Shown: positions 8,359 through 18,836, counted from the first letter of the stretch. The stretch is DNA of 64,000 nucleotides from Kofleriaceae bacterium (GCA_046597055.1 JBKJLC010000178.1:8303-72302), one strand, 5' to 3'. A program made the numbers and translations. Notes: generated by a model from the sequence alone, not told the origin.

Positions 8359-10989
8359 ATGCGATGGGCACTCGCGGCCGCGTGCCTGACCGCCCTCGCG
8401 GCGATCCCGGCCACGGCGTGCGGCGCAACCCTGACCGGCGCCGTCTACATCGACCGCAACGGCGACCGGGTCCGCCAGGGCAGCGAGCCCGGTGTGCCCG
8501 GGGCGGTGGTCGCCCTCGATGGCGCCGCCTTCGCGGTCACCGATGCGCGCGGCGAGTACGTCCTGGACGTACCGCTGGTGGCCGGCATCGTGTGGGTGCG
8601 GGTCCCCGACGGGTTTCGCCCGGGCCCGGTGTGGCGCCCGGCCCAGGCCGGCGAACTCGACCTGGGTGTGGTTCCGCTCACGGCCGACGAGGCCGCGGCG
8701 CCCGTCACCTTCGTCGTCGCCGCCGACTCGCACATGACCGACAACCCGGCCGACCCCTGGGACGGCGGCGATCTCGCCGACGCGATCGATCAGGCGATCG
8801 GGCTGCCCGAACCGCCTCGCTTCTTCACGATCGTCGGCGATGTCACCCAGGGCAACCAGCCCGGCGAGTTCGCCCGGATCGACGCCGCGCTCGACGGCGT
8901 GACGGTGCCGTGGGTGCCGGTGCCGGGCAACCACGACTGGTACGACGGCGGCGCGGCCTGGCGGGCGCGCTGGGGTCCCGACAACTACAGCTTCGACGTC
9001 GGCGACCTGCACGTGATCGTGTGGGACACCAACCTGTCCGACGATCGGCAGATCGGGTTCGTCACCGCCGACCTCGCGCACGTCGCGCCGTCGATGACCG
9101 TGGTCGGGCTCGGCCACGCGTCGCCGAACGACGCGGTCGCCGACCAGCTCGCCGCGCTCGGCGTCGACTACCTGTTCACCGGGCACTGGCATGCCAACCG
9201 GCGGGTCGAGCGTGAGGGCCTGGTCGAGTGGGGCACCCAGACGTTCGTGATGGGCAGCATCGATCAGTCGCCGTCGGGCTACCGCGTGATCACGTTCGAG
9301 GGCGGCGTGCCGTCGATCGTCCACCGCGAGCGCCTGCTGGCGCCCCAGCTGGCGCTGACCGCGCCCCACCCCGGCAGCTGCGCGCCGCCGTCGGGCTTCG
9401 AGCTGATCGTCGCGGCCGCGCTCGATGCCGCCACACCCGAGGTGACCGCCCGGCTCGACTGCGGCGAGCCGATCGAGCTGGCCCCGCGCGGCGGCTGGAC
9501 GTTCGCGGCCGCGGTGCCGGCGCTGGCGCCGGGCCCGCACGCGGTCACGCTGCAGGCGACCTCGCCGTCGGGACGGAGCCACACGCGCCAGGTCTCGTTC
9601 GAGGTGTGCGCGACGACCGATCCGGCGCCGGTGCCCGGTGACTGGCCGCAGCTCGGCGGCGGTCCTGCCCACGCCGGCAACGCGCCGCGCCCGATCGCGC
9701 CGCCGCTGACCCAGCGCTGGGCGACCTCGGTCGGTGGCACGGTGGTGCTCGGCTCGCCGGTCGTCGCGGACGGCATCGTCGTGGTGTCGGTGACCGATCT
9801 CGGGGCCGGCGATGGCGGCGGCCTGGTCGCGCTCGATCTGGCGACCGGCGCGGTCCGCTGGCGCTACGTCACGCCCTACCCGGTGCGCAACGCGCCCGCG
9901 ATCGACGGCGACACGGTCGTGGTCGCGCTCGGCCACGGCGAGATCCACGCGGTCGGGCTCGCCGACGGGGCGCGGCGCTGGAGCTACGACGTCGCCGACG
10001 GCCTGCCGACCTTCGAGTCGTCGCTGTGGGCGGCGCCGACGATCGCCGATGGCGCGGTCCTGGTCACGGTGCAGGGCCGGATGGCCGCGATCGACCTCGC
10101 CACCGGCCTGCCGCGCTGGGAGCAGGCGCTGGTGCCGGTGTATCCGTGGCTGGGCACGCTGGCCGCGGTCGCCGCCGGCGAGGGCGCCGCGATCGCGACG
10201 TACTCGCGCGACGACGGGCTGACCGCGTGGAGCGCCGCCACCGGCTCGAAGCTGTGGGAGATCAAGTCGGGCCGGTCGGTCGCGATCAACGCCACCCCGG
10301 TGATCGCGGGCGGCATCGCGTACATCGTGAGCTCGCTCGGCGCGGTCACCGCGGTCGAGATCGCCACCGCGAGGCAACTGTGGAGCAACGGCTACACGCC
10401 GGGCGGCTTCGACTGGGGCTACTCGGTCACCGCTGCGCCCGCGGTCGCCGGCGGTCGTCTGTTCCTGCCGACGCAGTGGAAGGATCTGGTCGCGATCGAC
10501 GCCGCCACCGGCGCCGAGCTGTGGCGGGCCACCACGCCGCTCGGCCCGCTCAACTTCGCGCACTACCGCTCGGCCGAGCCCGGCTTCGCGGCCAGCCCGG
10601 TCGTCACCGGCGATCTGGTGTGGGTCCCGCGCCCCGACGGCAGCCTGGTCGCCCTCGCCGCCGACGATGGCCGCGAGCTGTGGTCGACCGATCTCGGCGC
10701 GCCGATCGTGAGCGCGCCGGCGCCCGCGGGCGACTACCTGATCGTCGCCACCTACGACGGCACCGTGCGCGCGCTCGCCCCCGCCGCCGCCGCGATCACG
10801 CCCACCACCGCCGCGCCCTGCCCCGACCTGCCGCCGGCGCCGCCGGTCGACCCGGGCGGCTGCTGCTCGAGCGTCCGCGACGACGGCCGCAGCGCGCTGC
10901 TGCTGGGCGCGGTGATCGCCGGCCTGCTGGCCCGTCGTCCCTCGACGCGCGAGCGCAAGCGCGCGCGGCGCCGGAAAACCGGCCCGTGA
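8359..10989 (+). CDS. Secreted calcineurin-like metallophosphoesterase + PQQ-type beta-propeller, MYXO-CTERM-like tail
   Basis: Signal peptide; SdrD-B-like N-domain (YIDRNGD); DSH, GDV, GNHD, GHWH metal motifs; repeated 'A.D.ATG..W' blades; GGCC-hydrophobic-RR C-terminus. Start trimmed from the 7891 ORF. Confidence 0.85.
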   Translation: MRWALAAACLTALAAIPATACGATLTGAVYIDRNGDRVRQGSEPGVPGAVVALDGAAFAVTDARGEYVLDVPLVAGIVWVRVPDGFRPGPVWRPAQAGELDLGVVPLTADEAAAPVTFVVAADSHMTDNPADPWDGGDLADAIDQAIGLPEPPRFFTIVGDVTQGNQPGEFARIDAALDGVTVPWVPVPGNHDWYDGGAAWRARWGPDNYSFDVGDLHVIVWDTNLSDDRQIGFVTADLAHVAPSMTVVGLGHASPNDAVADQLAALGVDYLFTGHWHANRRVEREGLVEWGTQTFVMGSIDQSPSGYRVITFEGGVPSIVHRERLLAPQLALTAPHPGSCAPPSGFELIVAAALDAATPEVTARLDCGEPIELAPRGGWTFAAAVPALAPGPHAVTLQATSPSGRSHTRQVSFEVCATTDPAPVPGDWPQLGGGPAHAGNAPRPIAPPLTQRWATSVGGTVVLGSPVVADGIVVVSVTDLGAGDGGGLVALDLATGAVRWRYVTPYPVRNAPAIDGDTVVVALGHGEIHAVGLADGARRWSYDVADGLPTFESSLWAAPTIADGAVLVTVQGRMAAIDLATGLPRWEQALVPVYPWLGTLAAVAAGEGAAIATYSRDDGLTAWSAATGSKLWEIKSGRSVAINATPVIAGGIAYIVSSLGAVTAVEIATARQLWSNGYTPGGFDWGYSVTAAPAVAGGRLFLPTQWKDLVAIDAATGAELWRATTPLGPLNFAHYRSAEPGFAASPVVTGDLVWVPRPDGSLVALAADDGRELWSTDLGAPIVSAPAPAGDYLIVATYDGTVRALAPAAAAITPTTAAPCPDLPPAPPVDPGGCCSSVRDDGRSALLLGAVIAGLLARRPSTRERKRARRRKTGP

Positions 10990-11010
10990 TCACGACGGCT
11001 CGGTCGCGCG

Positions 11011-13029
11011 TCACAGGCCCGTGAAGCGCAGCACGCCGACCGCGACGCCGACCGACCCGGTCGGGACCTGCGCCCCGGCGCTGCCGGCCGCCACCGGCCC
11101 GATCGCCGTCTCGATCGCGAGCTCCTGCAGCCCGACCGGCCCCGCGACATCCCAGCTCACGACCGTCGTCCCGACCGGCAGGGTCGCGCGCACCATCACC
11201 TCGTCGTTCCAGCGCACGACCACCGCCTGATCGGCGCGCGCCGACGTCAGGGGCAACGACAGCCGGTGTGGCTGCGGGATCAGCACCGGCACGAAGAACG
11301 CCGCGTGCGGTGCCGTCGTCCACCGGACCGCGCGCCCGGCACCGGGTACCGGCGGCCCGACCCCGCCGATCACGTACGGCTCGATGCCGCCGCCGCCGAG
11401 ATCCCAGTCGGCGGTCATCCCGCGCAGCGACGCGCGCGTGTACTCCATCGGCGGCGCGAACGGATAGTCCCCGATGACCTCGTCCCACCGCCGCGCCGGC
11501 AGCCCGTGCTGCCACCCGAACACCGCGCTGGCCGGCAGCGCGAACGGGTTGCCCATCGCCCGGTAGATCGGCGCGGCGACCCACGCGAGCGGACCCGGCA
11601 CGCCCCGGCAGCAGATCGGCCCGGCCCGGCGCTCGGCCGCGCGGCCGCTGTGGTGCTTGAGGACCAGGCCCAGGTTCCACGCGACGAACCAGCCGAGGAC
11701 GAGCCCGGCGAGCGCGTGCCAGACCACGCGCGGCGCCCGCCAGCGCGCGACCGCGCGGCCGAGGACATGCAGCCACCCGGCCAGCCCGACCACGACCGGC
11801 AGGGTCATGGAGCACAGCCGGCGCGCGCCGAAGCTGGCGTTGCCCCACCAGTCATAGATGATGCTGTTCAGGTAGACCTGCACCGCGACCGCCGCGAGCA
11901 GGCCGAGCGCGAGCAGGCGGGCCCGGTCGCCGACCCGGGCGCCGCGCACGGCCAGCAGCACCAGGCCGAGCACGCCGGCGTACGCGATCGGGGTGGTCGC
12001 GAACCAGCCGTTGCGCGCGGCGAACAGCAGCTCGACGATCATCGGGTGCGTCGGCCGCGTGTAGTGCGGGCCCTGCGGCAGCGCGAACGGATCGCCGTAG
12101 ATGATCGTCCACGCCAGCAACTGCGGGACGAACACCACCAGCGCGATCGCCAGCACCGCGGCGCCGCGAGCGACCAGCCCGGCCCGCCACCGCCACCGCG
12201 AGCCACCCTCGGGTGCACGGCCCACGATCGCGGCGACGATCTCGACCGCGACCACGATGCCGAGGCCGAGCTCCTGGGCGCGCACCAGCGCGGCGAGCCC
12301 GAGCAGCCCGCCGAGCAGAGCGACCCGGCGCCACCGCCAGTCGCCGAGCGTGAGCGCCCACGCGGCGAGGAACCCGGCCGCGGCCGCGGCGTCCATCGCG
12401 TGGCCGTAGCTCGGCATGTAGGTCGCGTAGTAGGTGAGCGAGGTGCCGAGCAGCACCGCGGCGGCCGACCAGGCAGGCGCCCAGGTCCCGCCGATCCGCC
12501 GGCGGAACACCCAGACACCGAGCAGGACGGCGAGGCAGCCGAACCCGACGCTCGAGGCGAACACGATGCGCTGATGCCAGATCGTGTAGCCGTGGGACTC
12601 GATCTTGGCGCCGAGCCGGTTGGCCACCATCGCGCCGCCGTCGGCCGCGGCGAGCAGCGGCGCCCACACCAGCACCGGTCCGATCGGGTGCGGGATGCCC
12701 TTGCGGCCGGTCCTGGTGCGGGCCTGGCCCCACGGATCGCCGAACCGCGCCAGGTCGTTGTCGAAGACGAGGTCGCGGTCGAACACGAACGACCGCAGCA
12801 TCAGGTAGGTCATGTGGCCGTCGCCGCGGGCGAGCACCGGGCGGTACCGGCCGTCGCCGCGGGGCGAGGTCGGGTCACCTCCCATGTCGTCGTTCGTGCA
12901 GTACATGCACGCGATCACCAGGCAGGCCGCGACCAGCAGCAGCCGGGGCGCGCGGCCGAGGCCGGCGCCGATCCGGACCAGCGAGCGCAGGCGTCGCCAG
13001 CGAGGAGTCGTCGGAGCGCGCGCGGTCAC
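11011..13029 (-). CDS. Polytopic membrane protein, GT-C (family 39/PMT-like) glycosyltransferase-like
   Basis: Many TM helices; first loop with GDGHMTY…RS..FDRD….ND; soluble C-terminal domain; GTG start at 13029 inferred. Confidence 0.6.
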   Translation of the reverse strand: MTARAPTTPRWRRLRSLVRIGAGLGRAPRLLLVAACLVIACMYCTNDDMGGDPTSPRGDGRYRPVLARGDGHMTYLMLRSFVFDRDLVFDNDLARFGDPWGQARTRTGRKGIPHPIGPVLVWAPLLAAADGGAMVANRLGAKIESHGYTIWHQRIVFASSVGFGCLAVLLGVWVFRRRIGGTWAPAWSAAAVLLGTSLTYYATYMPSYGHAMDAAAAAGFLAAWALTLGDWRWRRVALLGGLLGLAALVRAQELGLGIVVAVEIVAAIVGRAPEGGSRWRWRAGLVARGAAVLAIALVVFVPQLLAWTIIYGDPFALPQGPHYTRPTHPMIVELLFAARNGWFATTPIAYAGVLGLVLLAVRGARVGDRARLLALGLLAAVAVQVYLNSIIYDWWGNASFGARRLCSMTLPVVVGLAGWLHVLGRAVARWRAPRVVWHALAGLVLGWFVAWNLGLVLKHHSGRAAERRAGPICCRGVPGPLAWVAAPIYRAMGNPFALPASAVFGWQHGLPARRWDEVIGDYPFAPPMEYTRASLRGMTADWDLGGGGIEPYVIGGVGPPVPGAGRAVRWTTAPHAAFFVPVLIPQPHRLSLPLTSARADQAVVVRWNDEVMVRATLPVGTTVVSWDVAGPVGLQELAIETAIGPVAAGSAGAQVPTGSVGVAVGVLRFTGL

Positions 13030-13055
13030 CGGCCGTGTACTATATATGTCTTCTC

Positions 13056-15083
13056 GTGGCCTCACGCCTTCGCCGAGCCGCCGCGTGGCTGGCTCCGACC
13101 GTCGCCCTGGCGGCGCTGACCACCACGATCGCCGCGGTGAGCGAGAGCGCGGCTGCCAGCGATGGCGCGCTCGCGGTCGCAGCCGGAGCCGGCTTCGCGC
13201 TCGCGGTGGCCTGGCCGGTCGCGCTCGGGCTGGCGCTGATCGGGCGAATCCTGGCCGCCGCGTGGCGACCGCGCGCCCTGATCGCTGGCCTGTCCGACCC
13301 GGGCGGCGGCGCGCCCCGGCTGCTCGGCTGGATCGTCGGGCTGCTCGCCGGGATCGCGCTGCTGGTGTGGGCGACCAACCAGACCGTGTGGGTGTTCGCG
13401 CGGGCGACCGCGTTCAAGCCGCGCACGATGGCGTACCTGCTGCCGATCGCGATGGTGCTCGTGGTGGTGGCGGTCATCCTTGCCACCCGCGCGGTCGCGG
13501 TCGGGGCCGGCGGGCTGGCCACCGCGGCCGAGGCCGGTTGGCAGCGCCGCCGCGACCGGCCCCTGTTCACGCCGCGGCGGATCGCGGGCGCGGGGCTGAT
13601 CGTGCTCGTGGTCGGCGGCGGAGTGGTCTGGCAGCTGCTCCTTCGTCCGGTGTTCGGACACGTGGCGATCGGCGAGCTGCGCGTGGTCGCGGCCGTGGTC
13701 GCCGGCCTGATCGTCGGTCACCTCGGCTGGCGCCGGGTCGGCACCGGACGGCGCGGCACCGCGCGCACGATCGCCGCGCTGGTCAGCATCGCGGCCGCGA
13801 CCGGCCTGGTCGGGCTCGCGCTGTGGGTGCGCCAGGCGCGTCCGGGCCTGGTGCTCGGCCTGTGGGGCGACGGCGGGCTCGGCGCCGACGCGATCGATCT
13901 CGTCTACGATCTGTACCAGGTGCGCAACGACGTGCCCGCGGCCGACCTGGTCCCGCCGACCCGCGCGGGCGCGCCCCACCGCGACATCATCCTGGTCACG
14001 ATCGACACGTTCCGACCCGAGCGGATCCAGCCGTACGGTGGCCCGGCCCGGACGCCGACGCTGACCGAGCTTGCCCGTCGCGGCACGCTGTTCGAGTGGG
14101 CGTTCGCGCCGTCGAACGTGACCCGCCGGTCGATCCCGGCGATCGCGACCGGGCTGGCCCCGCCGCGCATCCATGGCCGGGTCAGCGGCTGGGCGCTGCG
14201 GATGGATCCGCGCCACGTCACGGTCGCCGAGCGGCTGCGCGCCGGTGGCTACCGCACGCTGGGGCTGTTCTGCTGCGACGGCTTCTGGGCGCCGCGCCGA
14301 CGGCTCGGCCTCGAGCGCGGCATCGACGATCTCGTGATCGAGCACGACGGCGCGACCCTGGTCGCGGCCTACCGTGATCGTATCCGGGGCCGGGTCCCGG
14401 GCGCCGCGCCGACCTTCACGTGGATCCACTTCATCGAGCTGCACGAGTGGGCCGGCGGCAACCCGGCGCTCACGCCGGAGCTGCGTCGCCGCTACGACGA
14501 GATCCTCACCCAGGTCGACGGCTTCGTCGGCGAGCTGGTCGCCGCCACCGCCGATCGCCCGGCCGAGGACCAGCCGCTGATCATCGTCACCGGCGATCAT
14601 GGTGAGGCGTTCGGCGAGCACGGTCAGCCGTTCCACTCGTCGGACCTGTACAACTCGCAGATCCGGGTGCCGCTGATCGTCGCCGGGCCCGGGGTGGTGA
14701 CCGCCCGGGTGGCGGAGGCGGTGGCGCTGGTCGACCTCGCGCCGACCATCCTCGATCTCGCTGGCTTCGTGCCGCCGGGCGCCCCGACCATGGATGGGCG
14801 CTCGCTCGCGGACGTGCTGACCGGCGCGCGTCGGCCGGAGGTCGAGCGCGGTCGCGCGTACGCGGCGATGATGGTCGACCGGTTCATCCGCGAGCGGCGG
14901 GCCGCGCTCGTGCACGGGTCGTGGAAGCTGATCGAGCAGCTGGGCCGATTCGAGCTGTATGACCTGGCGACGGATCCGGCGGAGCTGCGGGATGTTGCCG
15001 GGAGCCAGCCCGAGCGGTTGCGGGTGATGAAGGCGCGGCTGAGCGAGCGGCAGGCGCTGGATCGGGTGTCACCTTTTCGGTGA
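13056..15083 (+). CDS. Membrane-bound sulfatase-fold (alkaline phosphatase superfamily) hydrolase/transferase
   Basis: ~7-8 N-terminal TMs; IDTFR, SNVTRRS (Thr at nucleophile position), ELH, TGDHGE, ELYDL..DP.E motifs; start approximate. Confidence 0.8.
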   Translation: MASRLRRAAAWLAPTVALAALTTTIAAVSESAAASDGALAVAAGAGFALAVAWPVALGLALIGRILAAAWRPRALIAGLSDPGGGAPRLLGWIVGLLAGIALLVWATNQTVWVFARATAFKPRTMAYLLPIAMVLVVVAVILATRAVAVGAGGLATAAEAGWQRRRDRPLFTPRRIAGAGLIVLVVGGGVVWQLLLRPVFGHVAIGELRVVAAVVAGLIVGHLGWRRVGTGRRGTARTIAALVSIAAATGLVGLALWVRQARPGLVLGLWGDGGLGADAIDLVYDLYQVRNDVPAADLVPPTRAGAPHRDIILVTIDTFRPERIQPYGGPARTPTLTELARRGTLFEWAFAPSNVTRRSIPAIATGLAPPRIHGRVSGWALRMDPRHVTVAERLRAGGYRTLGLFCCDGFWAPRRRLGLERGIDDLVIEHDGATLVAAYRDRIRGRVPGAAPTFTWIHFIELHEWAGGNPALTPELRRRYDEILTQVDGFVGELVAATADRPAEDQPLIIVTGDHGEAFGEHGQPFHSSDLYNSQIRVPLIVAGPGVVTARVAEAVALVDLAPTILDLAGFVPPGAPTMDGRSLADVLTGARRPEVERGRAYAAMMVDRFIRERRAALVHGSWKLIEQLGRFELYDLATDPAELRDVAGSQPERLRVMKARLSERQALDRVSPFR

Positions 15084-17285
15084 TGGCGGAGTGGGAGTGG
15101 GAGTGGGGCGGCGGCGGAGCTCGGCGTAGTCGATGAAGAGGACGTCGGCGGGGCGGCCGGAGGGGATCGCGAGCTCGACCCAGTGGCGGCCGGGGCCGAG
15201 CTCGAGGTCGACGGGGTGCTCGACCAGGGTCCAGGTTGGCGCCGCGGTGGCGAGGCCGCGTGCGACCGGGACGCCGTCGACGAGGAGGTCGAAGGTGGGG
15301 CCGCGCGGGTGGTGGGCGAGGCCGAGGCCGAGCGTGATGGGCCCGGCATCGGCGGCGATCGCCCAGACCGGGAAGCCGAACCGGGCGGGGCCCGCGTGGT
15401 CGAGCGTGAAGCGCAAGGCGGCGCCGCTCGACAGGGGCAGGTTGCCGACCCACGGCACCGGTGCGCGATCGCCGAACCCGCCGCGGGCTTGCTCGAGCGG
15501 ATAGAGCGCCCCGCCCTCGTGCCGCATCGGCGCGTCGGGCGGGTAGGTCAGCCGCTGCAGGCGCAGGCCGCGCAGTCGGTAGGGCTCGCGCTCGGGGTAG
15601 ATGCGGGCGAAGCCGGCGTTGGCGCGATCGCCGAGATCCTTCACGACCAGCGGCTGGTTGCGTCCGACCGCGGCCGGGTGGGCGTTGAACGCGGCCGGGA
15701 TCACCATCGAGTCGACGAACACCAGCGTGCCGTGCAGCGAGGGCGCGTCGAGGACGCGCACGACCTTGCCGTCCTGCAGGTGTGGGCGCTTGCCGGCGTG
15801 CTGCTCGATCGCGGGCCGCTGCGCGATCATGCCGGCGACGACCACCGCCGGCAGCGCCAGCCCGAGCGCGCCGCTGGCGATCACGCCGCCGCGACCGCGC
15901 CGCGCGAGCCAGCCGCCGAGATCGACCACCGCCGCGGCCGAGGCCAGCAGCGCGAACGGGAACCCGAGGTAGTAGAAGCGCGCCCCGTACGCGACCCCGT
16001 GATAGAAGAACAGGCCGTAGCCGAGGACGGTGGCGACCACGACCCCCGCCAGGAGCGCGCGCCGCCGCGCCGCGGCCCCGCCGGCGATGGCGCCGCCGAG
16101 CAGGCCCAGCACCGGCAACAGCGCCAGTGGTGCCCAGCCGAACGAGTAGCGGGTCCACGCGTCGAGCCGCTTGCGGGTGTTGGCCACCGCGTGCCGGGGC
16201 TGGAAGCCGTCCTTGCCGAAGCTGGTGTTCTGCGTGAGCGGACACTCGCCGACGCCGGGCCCGAAGCCGAGCCGGAAGCAGTCGCCGCGGCGCTCCTTCA
16301 GCTGCATGTAGCGCTGCTGCGGCGGCAAGAGCGCGCTGCCGGTGAGCGCGTGGTTGTACGCGAGATAGCCGCTGGCGATCGGCAGCGCGCACAGCGCCGC
16401 CAGCAGCAGCGGGCCCACCACCTGGCGCCGTCGGCGCACGAGCGCCCACGCGACCACCGGCACCAGCGCGGCCGCGACGATCACCGCGTCGAGCTGGCGG
16501 GTGGCCCCCAGGAACGCGAGCGCGGCGCCGCCGACGCCGGCCCACACCCGCGCCCGGCGACCCTCGCCCAGGACGCCGCGCCAGATCCCGAGCACGGCCA
16601 GCGCGCCGGCCAGCGCCGCGGTGGGATGGGCCATGTAGCTGCCCTCGTTCATCAGCCGGAACCACGAGCCGAGGAACAGGAGCGGCGCGAGCCGCGCCCC
16701 CGCGCCGTCGCCGCCGAGCACCTCCCGGGCGAGCGCCCACAGGATCAGCGCCAGCGCCGCGCCGAGCAGCGGGTTGATCAGCCACGGCGCGCCGACCCGC
16801 TCCCCGCCGGCCAGCAGCAGCGGGTAGCCGGGCGGGAACACCGCGTACCAGCGGCCGCCGTCGTGGGTGCCCCACGACACGTAGTGGAACTCGGGCGCCG
16901 GCGGCGACGGCGCGACCAGATCGCCGCCGGCGAACGTACGCGCGGTGTGCAGGTAGCCCAGCTCGTCAGGCACCTGCGGCACGTGCTTGTGGATGCGCCA
17001 GTGCGCCCACAGCGCGGTCACCAGCGCGACCGCCACGATCGCGGCCGCGAACCCACGGGCCGGGACCTGCGCGAGCAGCCGCGCGGGCGGATGGCCCCGC
17101 CACGCCAGCAGCGCCCCGACCGCGAGCGCCGCGGCGATCGCGGCCAGGTGCGGCGGATGCGCGATCGCGCGGGCGGCCTCGCCGAAGATGGGCACGCCGC
17201 CCGCGATCAGGCCGACGATGCCCGCGAGCGCGACCACCCCCAGGAAGCCGCGCGCGGCGAGCGTGACGATCGAGACGATCCGCAT
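15069..17285 (-). CDS. GT-C-like (family 39-like) polytopic membrane glycosyltransferase
   Basis: Starts MRIVSIV within the 1235-aa ORF; PDE.GY loop, FPPGYP, many TMs, GARFY motif, C-terminal beta domain. Confidence 0.65.
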   Translation of the reverse strand: MRIVSIVTLAARGFLGVVALAGIVGLIAGGVPIFGEAARAIAHPPHLAAIAAALAVGALLAWRGHPPARLLAQVPARGFAAAIVAVALVTALWAHWRIHKHVPQVPDELGYLHTARTFAGGDLVAPSPPAPEFHYVSWGTHDGGRWYAVFPPGYPLLLAGGERVGAPWLINPLLGAALALILWALAREVLGGDGAGARLAPLLFLGSWFRLMNEGSYMAHPTAALAGALAVLGIWRGVLGEGRRARVWAGVGGAALAFLGATRQLDAVIVAAALVPVVAWALVRRRRQVVGPLLLAALCALPIASGYLAYNHALTGSALLPPQQRYMQLKERRGDCFRLGFGPGVGECPLTQNTSFGKDGFQPRHAVANTRKRLDAWTRYSFGWAPLALLPVLGLLGGAIAGGAAARRRALLAGVVVATVLGYGLFFYHGVAYGARFYYLGFPFALLASAAAVVDLGGWLARRGRGGVIASGALGLALPAVVVAGMIAQRPAIEQHAGKRPHLQDGKVVRVLDAPSLHGTLVFVDSMVIPAAFNAHPAAVGRNQPLVVKDLGDRANAGFARIYPEREPYRLRGLRLQRLTYPPDAPMRHEGGALYPLEQARGGFGDRAPVPWVGNLPLSSGAALRFTLDHAGPARFGFPVWAIAADAGPITLGLGLAHHPRGPTFDLLVDGVPVARGLATAAPTWTLVEHPVDLELGPGRHWVELAIPSGRPADVLFIDYAELRRRPTPTPTPPSPKR

Positions 17286-17287
17286 GG

Positions 17288-18808
17288 CTACTCGATCCAG
17301 ATCGGGTTGATGATCGCGAACGGCACCACGCCGGGCCGGCCCTTCTCGACCTGGTAGGTCCCGGTCATCTCGACCGGCAGCGGCTCGTCCCCGCCGGCGT
17401 CGACGCCGATCCAGGTCGGCGCGGTGACCGGCACCTCGAGCCGGACCCGGTGCCGGGTGGCGCCCGGTGGCACCGGCTCGACCCGGACCACCGCGCCGCC
17501 GACCCGGATGCGCAGCTCGGTCGCGTGCACCCACGAGGCCTGGGCCAGCTCGACGTCGATCACGACCCGACCGCCCGGCGCGCGCAGGACCTGGCCGGGC
17601 CCGACCGGCGCACCCGCGGTCGGGTCCACCACCTCGACGTCGAGCCAGGGGCCGGTGGTCGCGACCGCGCGGCGCCCGCGGATGGCCGCGACGAAGCCGG
17701 CCTCGTCGAACGGCGCCAGCCGGGTGTCGCCGACCCGCACGTAGGTCCGCGCCACGCCGTCGAGCACGCCGTTGAGGTGGTGAACGTCGCTGCTGCCCAC
17801 GCCGGTGACCCGCACGCCGTGCGACGCCAGCGTGTAGAAGTCGCGCACGCTCTGATCGACGCGGCGATCGCCCGGGGCGTTGAACGCGGTGTGGCCGGCC
17901 AGCACCTCGACCGCGTCGAAGTCGAGCGGGAACGGCGGCGGCCACGCCACGCCATCCCAGCCGGCGGTGTCGTAGAGCGCGTAGACCCGGAACCGGGGAT
18001 GGTTGACCTGCACCACCGGGCGCCCGGGCAGCGCGTGGCCCCACGCCATGAACGCCGCCGGCGTCCAGCGCGCCATCTCCTCGGCGGCGGGGCTGCCTCC
18101 GCGGGGCGCGGCCGTGATCACCGGCACCGGGTACACGCCCAGGTGCACCGCGTCGTTGCCGGCCTCGTTGGACGCGATCGACGCGATCACGTCGCCCAGG
18201 CCGAGCGCGGCGATCTCGTCGTCGAGATCCCCGGCCGCGGCGTGGTCGGACAGCGCGGTCACCTGCAGCCCCGACGCGACCTGCGTCATGACCCGGATCC
18301 GGTCGGGCAGCCGCGAGTCGTTGGACGCGGCCGCGTGCACGTGGAGATCGGCGGCCAGGGCGCCGTCGGCGCGCCAGGCCCGCACCAGCGGGATCGTGAG
18401 CGCGACCGTCTCGCCCGCGCCGATCACGACCTCCCCCTCCCACCGCTCGTGCTCGAAGCCGCGCCAGGCCCACACCCGGTAGCGCCCGAGCGGCAGCGCC
18501 GGCGAGGGCTCGCACCGGTCGCCGCCGCCGACCGGCATGGTCGCGGTCCCGTACGCGAGCACCAGGCCGTGCCAGGTGCCGATCACGCCGGGCCCGAGCT
18601 CGCACGCGCCGGCGACCTGGCGCGCTCCGCCGTACAGCTCGGCGGTGCCGAACCGGACCGGCTGATCGCCGTCCCAGAACAGCACGCGCGCCGCGGTCGG
18701 CGGCCCGCCGACGCCGTCGGTGACCGTGATCAGCAGCCGCGCCGGGGTCGGCGCCGCGCGCCGGTCGCGCTGACACGCCCCGCCTCCCGCCGCGATCATC
18801 ACCGCCAT
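17288..18808 (-). CDS. PHP-domain (CehA/McbA-like) metallohydrolase, probable lipoprotein
   Basis: ADLHVH…S.DS, ALSDH, VNHPR, GSSDVH motifs; N-terminal …GGGAC; start approximate. Confidence 0.8.
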   Translation of the reverse strand: MAVMIAAGGGACQRDRRAAPTPARLLITVTDGVGGPPTAARVLFWDGDQPVRFGTAELYGGARQVAGACELGPGVIGTWHGLVLAYGTATMPVGGGDRCEPSPALPLGRYRVWAWRGFEHERWEGEVVIGAGETVALTIPLVRAWRADGALAADLHVHAAASNDSRLPDRIRVMTQVASGLQVTALSDHAAAGDLDDEIAALGLGDVIASIASNEAGNDAVHLGVYPVPVITAAPRGGSPAAEEMARWTPAAFMAWGHALPGRPVVQVNHPRFRVYALYDTAGWDGVAWPPPFPLDFDAVEVLAGHTAFNAPGDRRVDQSVRDFYTLASHGVRVTGVGSSDVHHLNGVLDGVARTYVRVGDTRLAPFDEAGFVAAIRGRRAVATTGPWLDVEVVDPTAGAPVGPGQVLRAPGGRVVIDVELAQASWVHATELRIRVGGAVVRVEPVPPGATRHRVRLEVPVTAPTWIGVDAGGDEPLPVEMTGTYQVEKGRPGVVPFAIINPIWIE

Positions 18809-18836
18809 CACGACTCGCCGGGCCCGCCCGTCGCTG

